Below are positions 51,336 through 62,191 of a stretch of 64,000 nucleotides of DNA, piece after piece. The DNA lies in the NCBI GenBank assembly GCA_044507735.1, contig JBIQJB010000003.1, forward strand, positions 32,001-96,000, in the 5' to 3' direction. The notes below the pieces were generated by a model. The model saw only the letters and a list, made by a program, of their open reading frames with translations, was not told the origin of the DNA and made no database searches. Origin of the DNA: Nitrosopumilales archaeon. GTDB taxonomy: Archaea > Thermoproteota > Nitrososphaeria > Nitrososphaerales > Nitrososphaeraceae. Position numbers and translations under genes: made by a program. The stretch's first letter is position 1. Every line of letters starts with the position of its first letter.

Positions 51336-52259
51336 ATGGCATCTGCGCTGGTCGCAGCACCTGTAGCTGTAGCGAAGGCATTCAGCCCGGGCCACATTAC
51401 AGGCTTTTTCGAGATACCACATGAGAAATACTCCCATCATCTCCATAGAGGGTCAAAGGGCGCGGGTTTTTCTCTGGACAGAGGCATTGCCACGACAGTG
51501 CAGGTCTACGAGAGCAGAAATCCCGGCTACCAGATCGCGATAAACGGATCGAAAACCCGCGGCGCTGAGGTGTCAAAATGGGTGGTTGAAGAATACCTCA
51601 AACATGCCGATAGACCATATTATGTTGATATTGAGCACGACATCGGGATTCCGGTCGGCTTTGGTCTTGGATCAAGCGGAGCAGCAGCGCTCAGCCTGTC
51701 GTATGCGCTGAACGAGGCGCTTGACACTGGCCTCAGCAGGAGGCAGGCCGCGCAAATAGCACACCGCGCCGAGATAGAGTGCAAGACTGGCCTTGGCACC
51801 GTGCTTGCCGAATTTGCTGGGGGATTTGAGATGCGCACTACCGCCGGAGCGCCAGGTATTGGCTCTGTCACAAAAATCGACTTGGACAACAGATACAAAG
51901 CGGTGGTGCTCTGCCTTGCACCCATTTCAACAAAGTCATTTCTCACAAACAGGATGAATGAGATTAATGGCCTTGGTGGCATGATGCTGAGAAGGTTATC
52001 AGAATCAAGAAGTGTGGACGACTTCCTTATGATGTCCTGCGAGTTCGCGGTGAAGCTTGGTCTGACGGAAGGAAAATGCAGTGAGCCGCTGGCGGCACTC
52101 AGGGCAATAGGGATCAGGGCAAGCGTTGCGCTCTTTGGTCAGACCGTTTTCACGCTGGTGCCAGAGGAAAGAGCGGAGGAAGTGGTGAACGCCCTTGAGA
52201 GGTTCGGAGGCACGCTTCTTGTCTGCAGCATCGACAACAGCGGGGCTAGAGTGCTCTAG
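51336..52259 (+). CDS. Pantoate kinase (GHMP family)
   Basis: FSPGHITGFF, PVGFGLGSSG, TGLGTV; CoA cluster context. Confidence 0.88.
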   Translation: MASALVAAPVAVAKAFSPGHITGFFEIPHEKYSHHLHRGSKGAGFSLDRGIATTVQVYESRNPGYQIAINGSKTRGAEVSKWVVEEYLKHADRPYYVDIEHDIGIPVGFGLGSSGAAALSLSYALNEALDTGLSRRQAAQIAHRAEIECKTGLGTVLAEFAGGFEMRTTAGAPGIGSVTKIDLDNRYKAVVLCLAPISTKSFLTNRMNEINGLGGMMLRRLSESRSVDDFLMMSCEFAVKLGLTEGKCSEPLAALRAIGIRASVALFGQTVFTLVPEERAEEVVNALERFGGTLLVCSIDNSGARVL

Positions 52260-52262
52260 GAA

Positions 52263-53018
52263 TTGCATACGCGCATCCAAATACCCACTAATCACCCACG
52301 TGCAAAATCCCTGCATACGCGCGAGGCGCTGGTCGATGGATACCGGCGCGGACTTGTGGCGGCAGAGGGACTCATAGCACACGGCAGAGGAGAAGCCTAT
52401 GACTACCTTCTTGGCGAACGTACAACTAGGACTGCCCAACGGGCCATCAAGGCAGCAGCCGCAATGCTATTACTCTCAAAAAAACCGGTGATTTCAGTCA
52501 ATGGCAACACAGCTGCGCTCTGCCCAAGAGAAATTGTGGAGCTGGCCAACCATACAGGCGCGGCTATCGAAGTCAATCTCTTTTACAGGACAGAAGAGAG
52601 AGAACAGGCAATCAAGGCCGAACTTGAAAGGCACGGCGGTCGAAATATACTTGGCGTTGGTCCGAGGGCATCTGCAAGAATTCCGGAACTTCAGAGCGAG
52701 CGCAGGCGCGTCGACCCGGAGGGGATTTATGTTGCTGATACGGTGTTTGTGCCGCTTGAAGATGGCGACAGGACAGAAGCGCTTGCAAGGATGGGCAAGA
52801 AGGTAATAACGGTTGACCTAAACCCGCTTTCCAGAACTGCCAGGACGGCACACATAACCATAGTCGACAACATCACAAGGGCGATGCCAGCCCTGATAGA
52901 AACAGCCAGAGAGATAAAGGCGAGCAGGTCGCTGAAAAAGATCGTCGAAAGCTTTGACAACAAGAAGAACCTTCTCGAGTCCACCAGGATAATCAGAAGA
53001 GCGGGAGGTGCGGGATGA
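52263..53018 (+). CDS. 4-phosphopantoate--beta-alanine ligase
   Basis: [34 protein letters not shown]. Confidence 0.92.
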   Translation: MHTRIQIPTNHPRAKSLHTREALVDGYRRGLVAAEGLIAHGRGEAYDYLLGERTTRTAQRAIKAAAAMLLLSKKPVISVNGNTAALCPREIVELANHTGAAIEVNLFYRTEEREQAIKAELERHGGRNILGVGPRASARIPELQSERRRVDPEGIYVADTVFVPLEDGDRTEALARMGKKVITVDLNPLSRTARTAHITIVDNITRAMPALIETAREIKASRSLKKIVESFDNKKNLLESTRIIRRAGGAG

Positions 53019-53878
53019 CAATGGCGCAGACGAAAAAGAAGGTAAGCGTGAACGACATCATGGCGATGAAGGGATCAGAAAGAATTTCAGTCCTTACTGC
53101 ATACGACTATTCCACTTCTCTTATCTGCGATAAGGCAGGAGTTGATGTCCTGCTCGTTGGCGACAGCGCAGGCAATGTGATGCTTGGGTATGCCAGCACC
53201 GTACCAGTCAACATGCAGGAAATGGCGACATTTTGCGGCGCAGTGGCAAGGGGCGTCAAGCGAGCGATGATAGTAGGCGACATGCCCTTTGGATCCTACC
53301 AACCAAGCCCAACTGTGGCAGTCAAAAACGCGGTGCAGCTAGTAAAGGCTGGATGCGACGCAGTCAAGCTGGAGGGCGGCTCTGAGATCATTGGCACGAT
53401 AAAGGCGATAGCGGATGCAGGAATCCCGGTGATGGGCCACATCGGACTGAAGCCACAGACATCGTCGCTCTGGGAGGGCTACAAGTTGCAAGGAAGGACG
53501 AAAGAGGCCGCGACAAGACTGATCGAAGACGCAAAGGCGCTCGAAAGGGCTGGTGTTTTCAGCATCGTGCTTGAAATGGTCGCAAGCGAAGTAGCAGAGG
53601 AGATAACAAAAAGTGTGTCTGTCCCAACGATAGGCATAGGTTCCGGTGCAGGATGCGATGGACAGGTCCTGGTTCTCCATGACATGCTTGGCATCTACGA
53701 AGACATCAAACCGAGGTTTGTAAAGAGGTACGCCGAGATTGGCAAGTCCATATTTGATGCCGTATCGGATTATACAAGAGAAGTCAAGCAGGGGACGTTC
53801 CCGGAGGAATCAAACACATTTCACATGGGACCGGAAGAATTGGAGAAATTCAGAAAGGCAGTGAAAGGGAAATCATGA
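53015..53878 (+). CDS. panB: 3-methyl-2-oxobutanoate hydroxymethyltransferase
   Basis: LTAYD, LLVGDS, VKLEGG, GHIGL. Confidence 0.95.
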   Translation: MTMAQTKKKVSVNDIMAMKGSERISVLTAYDYSTSLICDKAGVDVLLVGDSAGNVMLGYASTVPVNMQEMATFCGAVARGVKRAMIVGDMPFGSYQPSPTVAVKNAVQLVKAGCDAVKLEGGSEIIGTIKAIADAGIPVMGHIGLKPQTSSLWEGYKLQGRTKEAATRLIEDAKALERAGVFSIVLEMVASEVAEEITKSVSVPTIGIGSGAGCDGQVLVLHDMLGIYEDIKPRFVKRYAEIGKSIFDAVSDYTREVKQGTFPEESNTFHMGPEELEKFRKAVKGKS

Positions 53879-55137
53879 ACATAAAGCGAGATGTACACCC
53901 ATCGAAGGACATTGTCGGTACTCACGGGACTGAGCTTGCTGACAAGAAAATAGTACTCTGCATTACCGGCAGCGTGGCGGCATATCGTGCCATCGATCTA
54001 GCTCGTTTGCTGATGCGCCACGGAGCAGAAGTTCATGCAGTCATGACAGAATCTACTGCAGAGACCCTCCTACACCCTGAAATGATGAGGTGGGCTACTG
54101 GCAACGACGTTGTCACAAAATTGACCGGCAGCCTGGAGCACATCATGCTTGCAGACTATGGCATGTCGGATCTGATAATCGTCTACCCGTGCACAGCCAA
54201 CACACTTGGCAAGATGGCGGCCGGGATCGACGACACTCCGGTGACATCGGTCGTGAGCGTAGCGCTGGGGAGCAAGATCCCGATAATAGTCGCGCCTGCC
54301 ATGCATGAGGCGATGTATGAAAACAAGTTCATACAGCAGAATGTCGAGAGGTTGAGGACGCATGTCACCTTTGTAGAACCGAGTGTTGAAGAGGGCAAGG
54401 CAAAAGTTGCCGAGCCCAGTCAGGTGGTCGCTGCGGCCATCAGGATATTGTCAGGCGGCCCGCTCGCAGGAAAGCGCGTGATCGTCACGGCTGGTAGCAC
54501 GGTCGAACATATCGACCCGATAAGGGTGATTACAAATACCAGCTCGGGCAAGATGGGAATCGCACTGGCTCAAGAAGCCGAGCGCATGGGCGCCGATGTA
54601 ACCTTGATCTATGGACATGGAACCGAAGACGCTAATGGAAAGGTAGTGCGCGTGGGCACGAGCGAAGAGATGTATAATGCAGTTGTATCAGAACTGAGCT
54701 CAAGGAAATATGACATTGCGATAATGGCGGCTGCGGTAGCCGACTATACTCCGTCAAGAAAGACAGATGCAAAGATCGACACGCGTTCAGGCAGTGCGCT
54801 GGAACTCTCGCTTGTACCTACGAAAAAAATAGTCGATGAAGTGAAAAAGAAGAGCAGCAACACTTTTCTCGTGGCCTTCAAGGCAGACTATGGAGTATCG
54901 GATTCTGTGCTAGTGGAAAAGGCATTCAAAAAGCTGCAAGAATCCGGTGCCGACATTGTGGTGGCAAACGACCTTGGCAGAGAAGGCTCTGAAGCTGGAT
55001 CAGACAAGAATCAGGTGTTTATTGTAAACGGGAGGAAACAGGTCGTCCACTTGCCCCTTGAGAGCAAGAGGGCCATAGCGAGAAAAATTCTGGAGCTCGT
55101 TGCGCAATCTGTTGACGGCAATAGCAGTCAGAGATGA
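53875..55137 (+). CDS. coaBC: Phosphopantothenoylcysteine decarboxylase/synthase
   Basis: TGSVAAY, PAMH, IDPIRVITNTSSGKMG. Confidence 0.95.
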   Translation: MNIKRDVHPSKDIVGTHGTELADKKIVLCITGSVAAYRAIDLARLLMRHGAEVHAVMTESTAETLLHPEMMRWATGNDVVTKLTGSLEHIMLADYGMSDLIIVYPCTANTLGKMAAGIDDTPVTSVVSVALGSKIPIIVAPAMHEAMYENKFIQQNVERLRTHVTFVEPSVEEGKAKVAEPSQVVAAAIRILSGGPLAGKRVIVTAGSTVEHIDPIRVITNTSSGKMGIALAQEAERMGADVTLIYGHGTEDANGKVVRVGTSEEMYNAVVSELSSRKYDIAIMAAAVADYTPSRKTDAKIDTRSGSALELSLVPTKKIVDEVKKKSSNTFLVAFKADYGVSDSVLVEKAFKKLQESGADIVVANDLGREGSEAGSDKNQVFIVNGRKQVVHLPLESKRAIARKILELVAQSVDGNSSQR

Positions 55138-55222
55138 AATCAAAGATGACAATCAAGGCACCAGTTGCAGCAAGGTCAGTCAGAATCCCGTGCAATGCAT
55201 GCTGATTCTCACTCTTGCACAG

Positions 55223-56299
55223 TCAATCAGAGCCTATGACAACCAGATCTTTTGTGAACTTGTTGAGCACATGCGGCCTGCCATCAGTGACAATGATGCT
55301 GTCCTCTATCCGGATTCCAAACTTGTTTTCCAGGTATATGCCTGGCTCGACAGTCACTGCCATGTTGGCTTTCAGTTCTTCGGAGTTTCTCATTCTAAGC
55401 CAAGGAGGCTCGTGTACGTCTAGCCCGATGCCGTGTCCGGTAGAATGTATAAAGTATTTTTCATAACCGCGTTCTGCTATCAGATCTCTGCACGCCGCAT
55501 CAACGCTGCCGCACATGACTCCTGATCTGGCTGCATCAAGGCCAGCTTTCTGCGACTCTTGCACGATCGAGTACACCTTTTTCATCTCTGCTGTAGCCGA
55601 ACCTAGAGCAAAAGTCCTTGTCGCATCAGCGATATATCCGGCATGCCTCAAGGTCAAGTCGACAACTATCATGTCACCTTTCTTGAATTTTCTATCGGTG
55701 ACTTCTGCATGCGGAAGGGCGCCATTCGGCCCGCCTGCAATAATAAGAGGATTGAGAGTGGACTTGTAGGAAGGCGGGTTTGCCCCCATCCTCATACCCT
55801 CATAGATCAGCTTTGCCTGAAGGTCTCGCTCTGACAGGCCAACCCTGATCTCGTCTTCGCACATTTCGTACAGCTTGTCCAAAATTCTGGATGCTCTAGC
55901 AATTATCTTGATCTCCACGTCATCCTTAATCTTGCGCGCTTGGAAGAAGGGTTCGGTGTCGACCTCAACGTCACCACCTTGTTTGCGGATGGACTCGACA
56001 GAAGAGTAGTCGCTGCAGTCTGTGCAAGCTTTTTTGTTATTTATCTGTGACACAAAGGTGGAAATGAGCTCGCTTCCTCGTTCCGTGGGGATAACTTCGC
56101 AATCGATCGAGGTTTTTTCGGCTCGACCATATTCGAGCTTTGGTGCGACCAGCTTCGTACCATCCTCGGCGCAGATCGCTATGGCTTCGCCCCAAAATCC
56201 CGTGAGATAGAACACGTTTTCAGGCTCAAACGCTACAACTACGCGATAGCCTGCATGCCTTGCATGCTCTAGTATTCTGGAGCGTCGAGCCTTCATCAT
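55223..56299 (-). CDS. Xaa-Pro aminopeptidase (M24)
   Basis: HSTGHGIGLDVHE, TVEPGIY, GIRIED. Confidence 0.92.
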   Translation of the reverse strand: MMKARRSRILEHARHAGYRVVVAFEPENVFYLTGFWGEAIAICAEDGTKLVAPKLEYGRAEKTSIDCEVIPTERGSELISTFVSQINNKKACTDCSDYSSVESIRKQGGDVEVDTEPFFQARKIKDDVEIKIIARASRILDKLYEMCEDEIRVGLSERDLQAKLIYEGMRMGANPPSYKSTLNPLIIAGGPNGALPHAEVTDRKFKKGDMIVVDLTLRHAGYIADATRTFALGSATAEMKKVYSIVQESQKAGLDAARSGVMCGSVDAACRDLIAERGYEKYFIHSTGHGIGLDVHEPPWLRMRNSEELKANMAVTVEPGIYLENKFGIRIEDSIIVTDGRPHVLNKFTKDLVVIGSD

Positions 56300-56458
56300 T
56301 GGCGACGACAAAAAAGACAACAATGACTCTCGGTTATTCCAGTTTTATAAAATGTTTCATGAGCATCGACATGCCGCTCTCGGATGCGGGTTGAGAATCT
56401 CGCAGATATTCCAAATTAATTTAAATATGGCTCAGTTGCCCGCACTCTTGAGACTATC

Positions 56459-57604
56459 ATGGAATACCTCGTAATGCTCCCCGGTCCGACTAACGTGCCA
56501 AACAGGGTCATGAATGCAATGCTTGCGCCTGTGATAAACCACAGGAGCGAGGATTTTCGTGTATTGTACAAGTCAGTGGTTGAAAAGACCCAGAAGGTCT
56601 TCCAGACTGAAAACGACATTGTACTCCTCACAACTTCTGGCACTGGCGCTGTCGAAGCGTCGGTTGTCAACCTGATAAAGAAGGGTGACAAGGCAGTCAT
56701 CCCCGTCAACGGCGAATTCAGCACCAGGCTTGCCGATTTGATCGACAGCTGGGGCGGACAGGCGATCAGGATAAACGCGCCACCAGGCGAGAACCCGCCC
56801 TATGAAAAGTTTGAAGAGGCATTTGACAATAACAAAGACATCAAGGCACTCTATGCTGTCTACAATGAGACTTCTACGGGCACAACGATAAGATACATGG
56901 ACAAGCTTGGCGAGCTTGCAGCAAGAAGGGGTGCATATTTCATCGCCGACGCAGTTTCGATCCTTGGTGGAGATGAGCTACCGGTGGACAAGTGGAATGT
57001 CGACATTTGCGTCACTGCTTCTCAAAAAGCTCTCGCGGCTCCACCGGGCGTTTCGCCTATCTCCGTGAGCAAACGCGCGAAAAAATACATGCAGGAAAAC
57101 CCGCCTCCGACACAATACCTCAATCTGAAGCGCTACTTCAAGTACTACGAAGAACATTATGAAACGCCGTTTACGCCGGCCCTGCCGCTTTACTATGCGT
57201 TTAGAGAAGCACTGGACATTGTGCTTGAGGAAGGCATGGAGAACAGAATAAGGCGACACAGGATTTGCGCCGATGCATTCTATGCCGGCCTGAGCGCGCT
57301 TGGCTTGACGCCATTTGCAAAGCAGGACGCAAGGAGCAATATGATCATTGCAGTCAATTACCTTCCAGGAATGGACGACAAGAAATTCCGCGGTCTGCTG
57401 TCGAGCGAATTCAAGGTGCTGGTTGCAGGAGGCTTTGGCGACCTGAAGGGGAAGGTATTCAGGGTTGGATCTATGGGCGAAGTCGGTCGCTATCACGTCA
57501 TGAGGACAATATCGTCGATCGCCTCTGCGATGAACATGCTTGGAATGAAGACAAATCCGGAAGCGACATCAGTGGCGATGGACAAGCTAAAGGCGCTTGG
57601 CTGA
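56459..57604 (+). CDS. Class V PLP aminotransferase (alanine-glyoxylate/serine-pyruvate type)
   Basis: MLPGPT, NETSTG, DAVS, ASQKAL. Confidence 0.92.
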   Translation: MEYLVMLPGPTNVPNRVMNAMLAPVINHRSEDFRVLYKSVVEKTQKVFQTENDIVLLTTSGTGAVEASVVNLIKKGDKAVIPVNGEFSTRLADLIDSWGGQAIRINAPPGENPPYEKFEEAFDNNKDIKALYAVYNETSTGTTIRYMDKLGELAARRGAYFIADAVSILGGDELPVDKWNVDICVTASQKALAAPPGVSPISVSKRAKKYMQENPPPTQYLNLKRYFKYYEEHYETPFTPALPLYYAFREALDIVLEEGMENRIRRHRICADAFYAGLSALGLTPFAKQDARSNMIIAVNYLPGMDDKKFRGLLSSEFKVLVAGGFGDLKGKVFRVGSMGEVGRYHVMRTISSIASAMNMLGMKTNPEATSVAMDKLKALG

Positions 57605-57659
57605 CGCGCCCTTCTCACTTTTTGAAGATTAATATAAGGTAAAACAGAAGTCGGTTTCT

Positions 57660-58430
57660 ATGCCTTTGGAAAAAGGTTCTCTCATATTGGTGGATTACAC
57701 TGCTAGAGTTAAAGACACTAACGAAGTTTTCGAAACAACCCTTGAAGAAGAGGCCAAGAAGGTGGCCCAGCTATACGATCCGACGCGCAAATATGAGCCG
57801 CGTCTTGTTTCAGTAGGCGAAAGCTGGGTACTCAAGGGATTGGATGAGGCGCTTGCAAACGCCAATGTGGGCGATAAGCTCAACGTGGAAATCACACCAG
57901 ACAAGGGTTTTGGCGAACGCGATCCAAACAAGTTAAGGATGATCCCCCAGCGCAAACTGGGCGACAAGGCCGACGAAGTCGGAGTTGGAGACGTCATTGA
58001 AGTTGACGACAGGACTGGAATTGTCCGCTATGTCGGTTCTGGTAGGATCCAAGTCGATTTTAATCACAGATTTGCTGGCAAGACTCTACTATACGATGTC
58101 AACGTCACCAAGAAGCTGGAAACCGACAATGAAAAGATAACAGCGCTCTTGAAAAGGAGGACGGGACTGGAAGAAAGCAAGGTCAAGATCAATCTTGCAG
58201 CGCCCAATCTAGAGATCGAGCTTCCTGAAGAGGCATACCTTGCTGAAGGTCTGCAGATAATCAAGCGCGCAGTGGCAAATGACATCTTCAAGTTCGTACC
58301 ATCTGTCAAGAACATCAGATTCGTGGAAAGCTACTCAGCACCTGCCGCCGAGCAAAAGAAGGAAGAACAGCCAAAGGCAGAGGCCACGACCACGACGACG
58401 ACCACTACCACCCCCGAAGCCAAGCAGTAA
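57660..58430 (+). CDS. FKBP-type peptidyl-prolyl isomerase (long archaeal type)
   Basis: VFETT, KGFGERDP, VDFNHRFAGK; poly-Thr tail. Confidence 0.92.
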   Translation: MPLEKGSLILVDYTARVKDTNEVFETTLEEEAKKVAQLYDPTRKYEPRLVSVGESWVLKGLDEALANANVGDKLNVEITPDKGFGERDPNKLRMIPQRKLGDKADEVGVGDVIEVDDRTGIVRYVGSGRIQVDFNHRFAGKTLLYDVNVTKKLETDNEKITALLKRRTGLEESKVKINLAAPNLEIELPEEAYLAEGLQIIKRAVANDIFKFVPSVKNIRFVESYSAPAAEQKKEEQPKAEATTTTTTTTTPEAKQ

Positions 58431-58456
58431 AAGGGGAAAAAGTTTATTATATTTAA

Positions 58457-58822
58457 TTGGCCAAGAAGAGCCTGATGGAAAGCGTTCAGCAGCAAACAGT
58501 AACAATAACCCCCAAGGCAGCTGAGAAGGTTGCCGAATTCATGAAGCAAGAGGGCAACTCTAGCCTTTACCTGAGGGTATACGTTTCCGGCGGAGGATGC
58601 GCAGGACTGTCCTATGGCATGGGGTTTGAAGAAAAGCCAGACGAAGACGACCAGGTCATTGAACAAAACGGCGTCAAGCTGTTGCTTGACAGCTACAGCC
58701 AGAGATACCTGAAGGGTGCCAACATTGACTATATCGAGAGCCTGATGGGTTCAGGTTTCAAGATAAACAACCCCAACGTAACCAAGAGCTGCTCGTGCGG
58801 ACACTCGTTCAGCACAGAGTAA
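58457..58822 (+). CDS. HesB/IscA/ErpA Fe-S carrier protein
   Basis: GGGCAGLSY, SCSCGHSF. Confidence 0.93.
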   Translation: MAKKSLMESVQQQTVTITPKAAEKVAEFMKQEGNSSLYLRVYVSGGGCAGLSYGMGFEEKPDEDDQVIEQNGVKLLLDSYSQRYLKGANIDYIESLMGSGFKINNPNVTKSCSCGHSFSTE

Positions 58823-58945
58823 GCAAAAAGAAACCTCCCCTTTCTCTTCTTAATTTTCCAACATCAGATAGTAGTCTGTTTTTTGAAAAACCCGGAAAAA
58901 GAGATTAAGAGAGAAGGAAGAAATCAGAGAGATAAAGAGAGACTC

Positions 58946-60199
58946 TTACGGCCAGAGTCCTCTAATTTGAATTGCCTCGACAACTCTATTCACTGCAAGG
59001 ACAGTGCTGGCCTTGCGCATGTTGACGCCGTACTTTTCCGACGTCGAATAAGTGTCGAGGAAAGATTTAGTTATGTTCTTGTCCAGCCTTTCGTTGACTT
59101 CTTCTTCTGTCCAGTATTCCCTGCGCAGGTTTTGCAGCCACTCAAAATACGAAACGGTGACGCCACCGCCGTTAGCAAGGATGTCAGGAATGATCAGGAT
59201 CTTGTTCTTGTACAGAATGTCGTCAGCCTCCGGTGTTGTTGGCCCGTTGGCCGCCTCTGCGACAACCTTGGCCTTCACATTGCCAGCGTTCTTGGCAGTG
59301 ATCTGGTTTTCAAGGGCTGCAGGTATCAGTATCGTGCACTCGGTTTCAAGCAATTCCTCGTTGCTGATCGACTTGGCTCCAGGGAATCCAACTACAGAGC
59401 CGGTCTTTTCCTTGTGCTTGCGCAGCGCATCCACCTTCATGCCTTCCTTGTTAAAGACGCCTCCTTTCGAGTCAGAAACCGCAATGACGGTCGCGCCTTG
59501 CTCTTCAACTAATTGCGACGCAAACTGGCCGGCGTTTCCAAAGCCCTGAACCGCCACCGTGGCGGATTTCATGTCTATTTTCAGTTTCTTTGCTGCCTCC
59601 CTGACGGTGAACGCAAGGCCACGTCCGGTAGCCTCGTTCCTTCCAAGCGATCCTCCAATTGCTATCGGCTTGCCGGTAATGACTTCTGGTTGGACATAGT
59701 TGCCCTTTAGCGCAGAGTATGTGTCCATTATCCATGCCATCTCCTTGCCGCCAGTGTAGACGTCAGGTGCAGGGATGTCTGTGTGTGGGCCGATAATGTC
59801 TGCAATAGCGTATGCGTAGCGCCGGGTCAGGCGTTCGAGCTCGCCGTTTGACATCTCCTTGGGATTGCAGATGATTCCACCCTTGCCACCTCCGTATGGG
59901 ATGTCTGCGACAGCACACTTCCAGGTCATCCACATCGACAGGGCCTTGACCTCGTCGATGGTCACCTGCGGGTGGTAGCGTATGCCTCCTTTGTAAGGGC
60001 CCCGGGCGTCGTTATGCTGCGACCTAAACCCAGTGAAGACCCGGATTTCGCCGTTGTCCATTTTGACAGGCAACGAAACTGTAAGAACACGCTTTGGGTG
60101 TGCCAAAACCTGGTGTAAACCCTTGTCTAATTTTATGATCTTTGCCGCTTCGTCAAGCTGTTTAAGAGCGACCTCAAACGGGTTGATTGTTGCTGACAT
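58946..60199 (-). CDS. gdhA: Glutamate dehydrogenase
   Basis: GPYKGGIRYHP, GGGKGG, QGFGNAG. Confidence 0.95.
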   Translation of the reverse strand: MSATINPFEVALKQLDEAAKIIKLDKGLHQVLAHPKRVLTVSLPVKMDNGEIRVFTGFRSQHNDARGPYKGGIRYHPQVTIDEVKALSMWMTWKCAVADIPYGGGKGGIICNPKEMSNGELERLTRRYAYAIADIIGPHTDIPAPDVYTGGKEMAWIMDTYSALKGNYVQPEVITGKPIAIGGSLGRNEATGRGLAFTVREAAKKLKIDMKSATVAVQGFGNAGQFASQLVEEQGATVIAVSDSKGGVFNKEGMKVDALRKHKEKTGSVVGFPGAKSISNEELLETECTILIPAALENQITAKNAGNVKAKVVAEAANGPTTPEADDILYKNKILIIPDILANGGGVTVSYFEWLQNLRREYWTEEEVNERLDKNITKSFLDTYSTSEKYGVNMRKASTVLAVNRVVEAIQIRGLWP

Positions 60200-60261
60200 G
60201 CCAATGGTGTGCCAAAGTTGTGTATTTAAGTGTTGAAGAACTACTCTGCCGATGCTTGCTG

Positions 60262-60600
60262 TTACTGGCTGGCCATTCTCTTCGATATCAGGCTGCGGAG
60301 CTGTTCGTCTGTCAGACCGTCATAGTCGTCTATGCCGAGAGAATTGGCGATTGCTTCGAGCTTTTCCCTCTCTGTGGCAACAGGACCGGTAATCTTGGGC
60401 ATTCGGGTCATGTTCTTTACAGGGTCCATTGCCTCCTCCATTTCGCGCCGGAACGTCGCCCTAGCCTTTTCGTATTCACCGACCGCCTTGCCTATCGTGC
60501 GGGAGACCTGCGGCAGCCTCTTGGTGCCAAAGAGCAGGACGAGCCCAAGTAGTATAATGATCACCCACTCTGACCCGGCTATGTTCAATAACAGAGGCAT
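60262..60600 (-). CDS. tatA: Twin-arginine translocase TatA/E subunit
   Basis: EWVIIILLGLVLLFGTKRLP. Confidence 0.85.
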   Translation of the reverse strand: MPLLLNIAGSEWVIIILLGLVLLFGTKRLPQVSRTIGKAVGEYEKARATFRREMEEAMDPVKNMTRMPKITGPVATEREKLEAIANSLGIDDYDGLTDEQLRSLISKRMASQ

Positions 60601-60632
60601 TATCCTGTGGGAGTACTACCCCCTGACCAAAA

Positions 60633-61373
60633 TTAAAGATTTCCACCAGTGGGCTTGGAGGAGGGTTTGTCCTCCTTGCCCTTTATCTTGGACATCAGGA
60701 AGGGCTGGTCAAGCTTCATGGCATTTGCAAGCACCACGGACACCATGGCTCCAAAGAGAAATCCCCCGATAAGGTCAGTAGGATAGTGTTGGAACACATA
60801 GAGCCGAGTGATGCCGACCGCTACAGGAAGTGCCCAAATTGCATAGGCGGCCTTCCTTGACTTCTGGTAGAGGAGGAAGCCCACTATGAAGGCAAAGGCC
60901 GTAGTGCGCGACACGTGGCCCGAAGGATATCCAAAATTCGCGGCAAACGGAGCGAGACTGTCATTTTCGAGGCTGAAATTCTCGGGCAGCTCAAGCGCAG
61001 GTTCAAACGTGTACGGAGGGATCTCCCTGCCGATCAGGGGTTTGATGTACATCACAAGAACAACTATTGCAATCAATGCGATCAAAAAGATCATGCCGGC
61101 CTTCCTAGTGCGCCTGATTATTGTCAACACTATGCCAGCGAAAAATAATGTCGAGACGTCGCCCATTGTAGTTATGACTATTACTACCAGATCAACTGCG
61201 GCATTTCCTTGGACTGACTTGAAGTAGCGGCTTGCCGCGTCGTCGGCTCCTAACGTGACGCCAGATACCACTATTGCGCTGAATACAACAAACGCTGCCA
61301 CGAGCGCAACAAAATGCATTGAGCGCGTCCTTATCATCCAGGGGGGCTTGCTTTTTACAGGCGCAAACGACAA
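60633..61373 (-). CDS. PAP2-family phosphatase
   Basis: KPLIGR, YPSGH, TRLYVFQHYPTD. Confidence 0.88.
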   Translation of the reverse strand: MSFAPVKSKPPWMIRTRSMHFVALVAAFVVFSAIVVSGVTLGADDAASRYFKSVQGNAAVDLVVIVITTMGDVSTLFFAGIVLTIIRRTRKAGMIFLIALIAIVVLVMYIKPLIGREIPPYTFEPALELPENFSLENDSLAPFAANFGYPSGHVSRTTAFAFIVGFLLYQKSRKAAYAIWALPVAVGITRLYVFQHYPTDLIGGFLFGAMVSVVLANAMKLDQPFLMSKIKGKEDKPSSKPTGGNL

Positions 61374-61426
61374 CCAGTGAAAAGAGCGTGGCTGTTGTCG
61401 TTTAACTGTTTTCCCTCAGATTCGAA

Positions 61427-61756
61427 TTACATCTGCGCGCTGCACTTTGGGCAGACTTTGCCTTCTTCGCTTGGCGCGAAATAGGTGGCAAATCCGCAAG
61501 CATTGCAGGTAGCCGGTTCGAGTGTGTTCCATAACCGGTAATAGCGGGTGTTAAAGTTCTGGGCTATTGGGCGGAGAAGGCCAGACTTTTCCATGTCTAG
61601 GAGAACATCTTCAAAGTCGAGCACGTCGTCGAGTGACTTGTACTGCTCCATCTGGTTCAGGTAACCAAGCATTTCGTCATTTGAGAATCGCGTGTCGGTG
61701 TCGTTGAAATTGTCGAATATGATCTTGCGAATATCGTGGCTGTTGACCTTGGGCAT
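61427..61756 (-). CDS. Hypothetical protein with C-terminal Zn ribbon
   Basis: CNAC…CPKC; in the suf operon. Confidence 0.7.
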   Translation of the reverse strand: MPKVNSHDIRKIIFDNFNDTDTRFSNDEMLGYLNQMEQYKSLDDVLDFEDVLLDMEKSGLLRPIAQNFNTRYYRLWNTLEPATCNACGFATYFAPSEEGKVCPKCSAQM

Positions 61757-61762
61757 TTATAT

Positions 61763-62191
61763 CTACAGACCCTTCGAATCTTCCTGCAGTTTCTTGGCAG
61801 AAGCCGGATCTCTGTCGGAATAGTACTTTACCATACCCAGCTTTAACACCTTGAGCGATAACAGCGCGCATTTGATTCTGGCGGGTCCGAGGTTCATCAG
61901 ACCAATGTTCTCGAGAATATCATCCTTTGTGAGCTCCTTGACTGAAGTGAGCGGTTTACCGACAACCATCTCAGTCAGCATAGAGGCGCTTGCCTGGCTT
62001 ATTGCGCAGCCTCTGCCCTCGAACCTTATGTCCTTTATCTTGTCACCGTCAACTTTGAGATGTATGTCAATCTCGTCACCGCACAGAGGGTTACTGTCGT
62101 GTATGCTCACGTCGGCGTCGGGCAACTTGCCCTTGTTCCTCGGATTGCGGTAGTGGTCAAGGATTATTTCACGGTAAATATCATCACTCAA
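61763..62191 (-). CDS. sufU: SufU/IscU-type Fe-S scaffold protein
   Basis: NPLCGD, GCAISQAS, RIKCA. Confidence 0.9.
   Translation of the reverse strand: MSDDIYREIILDHYRNPRNKGKLPDADVSIHDSNPLCGDEIDIHLKVDGDKIKDIRFEGRGCAISQASASMLTEMVVGKPLTSVKELTKDDILENIGLMNLGPARIKCALLSLKVLKLGMVKYYSDRDPASAKKLQEDSKGL

Noticed and set aside
58384-58412. ACC/ACG trinucleotide run
   Set aside because: Encodes an ordinary poly-Thr tail of the FKBP
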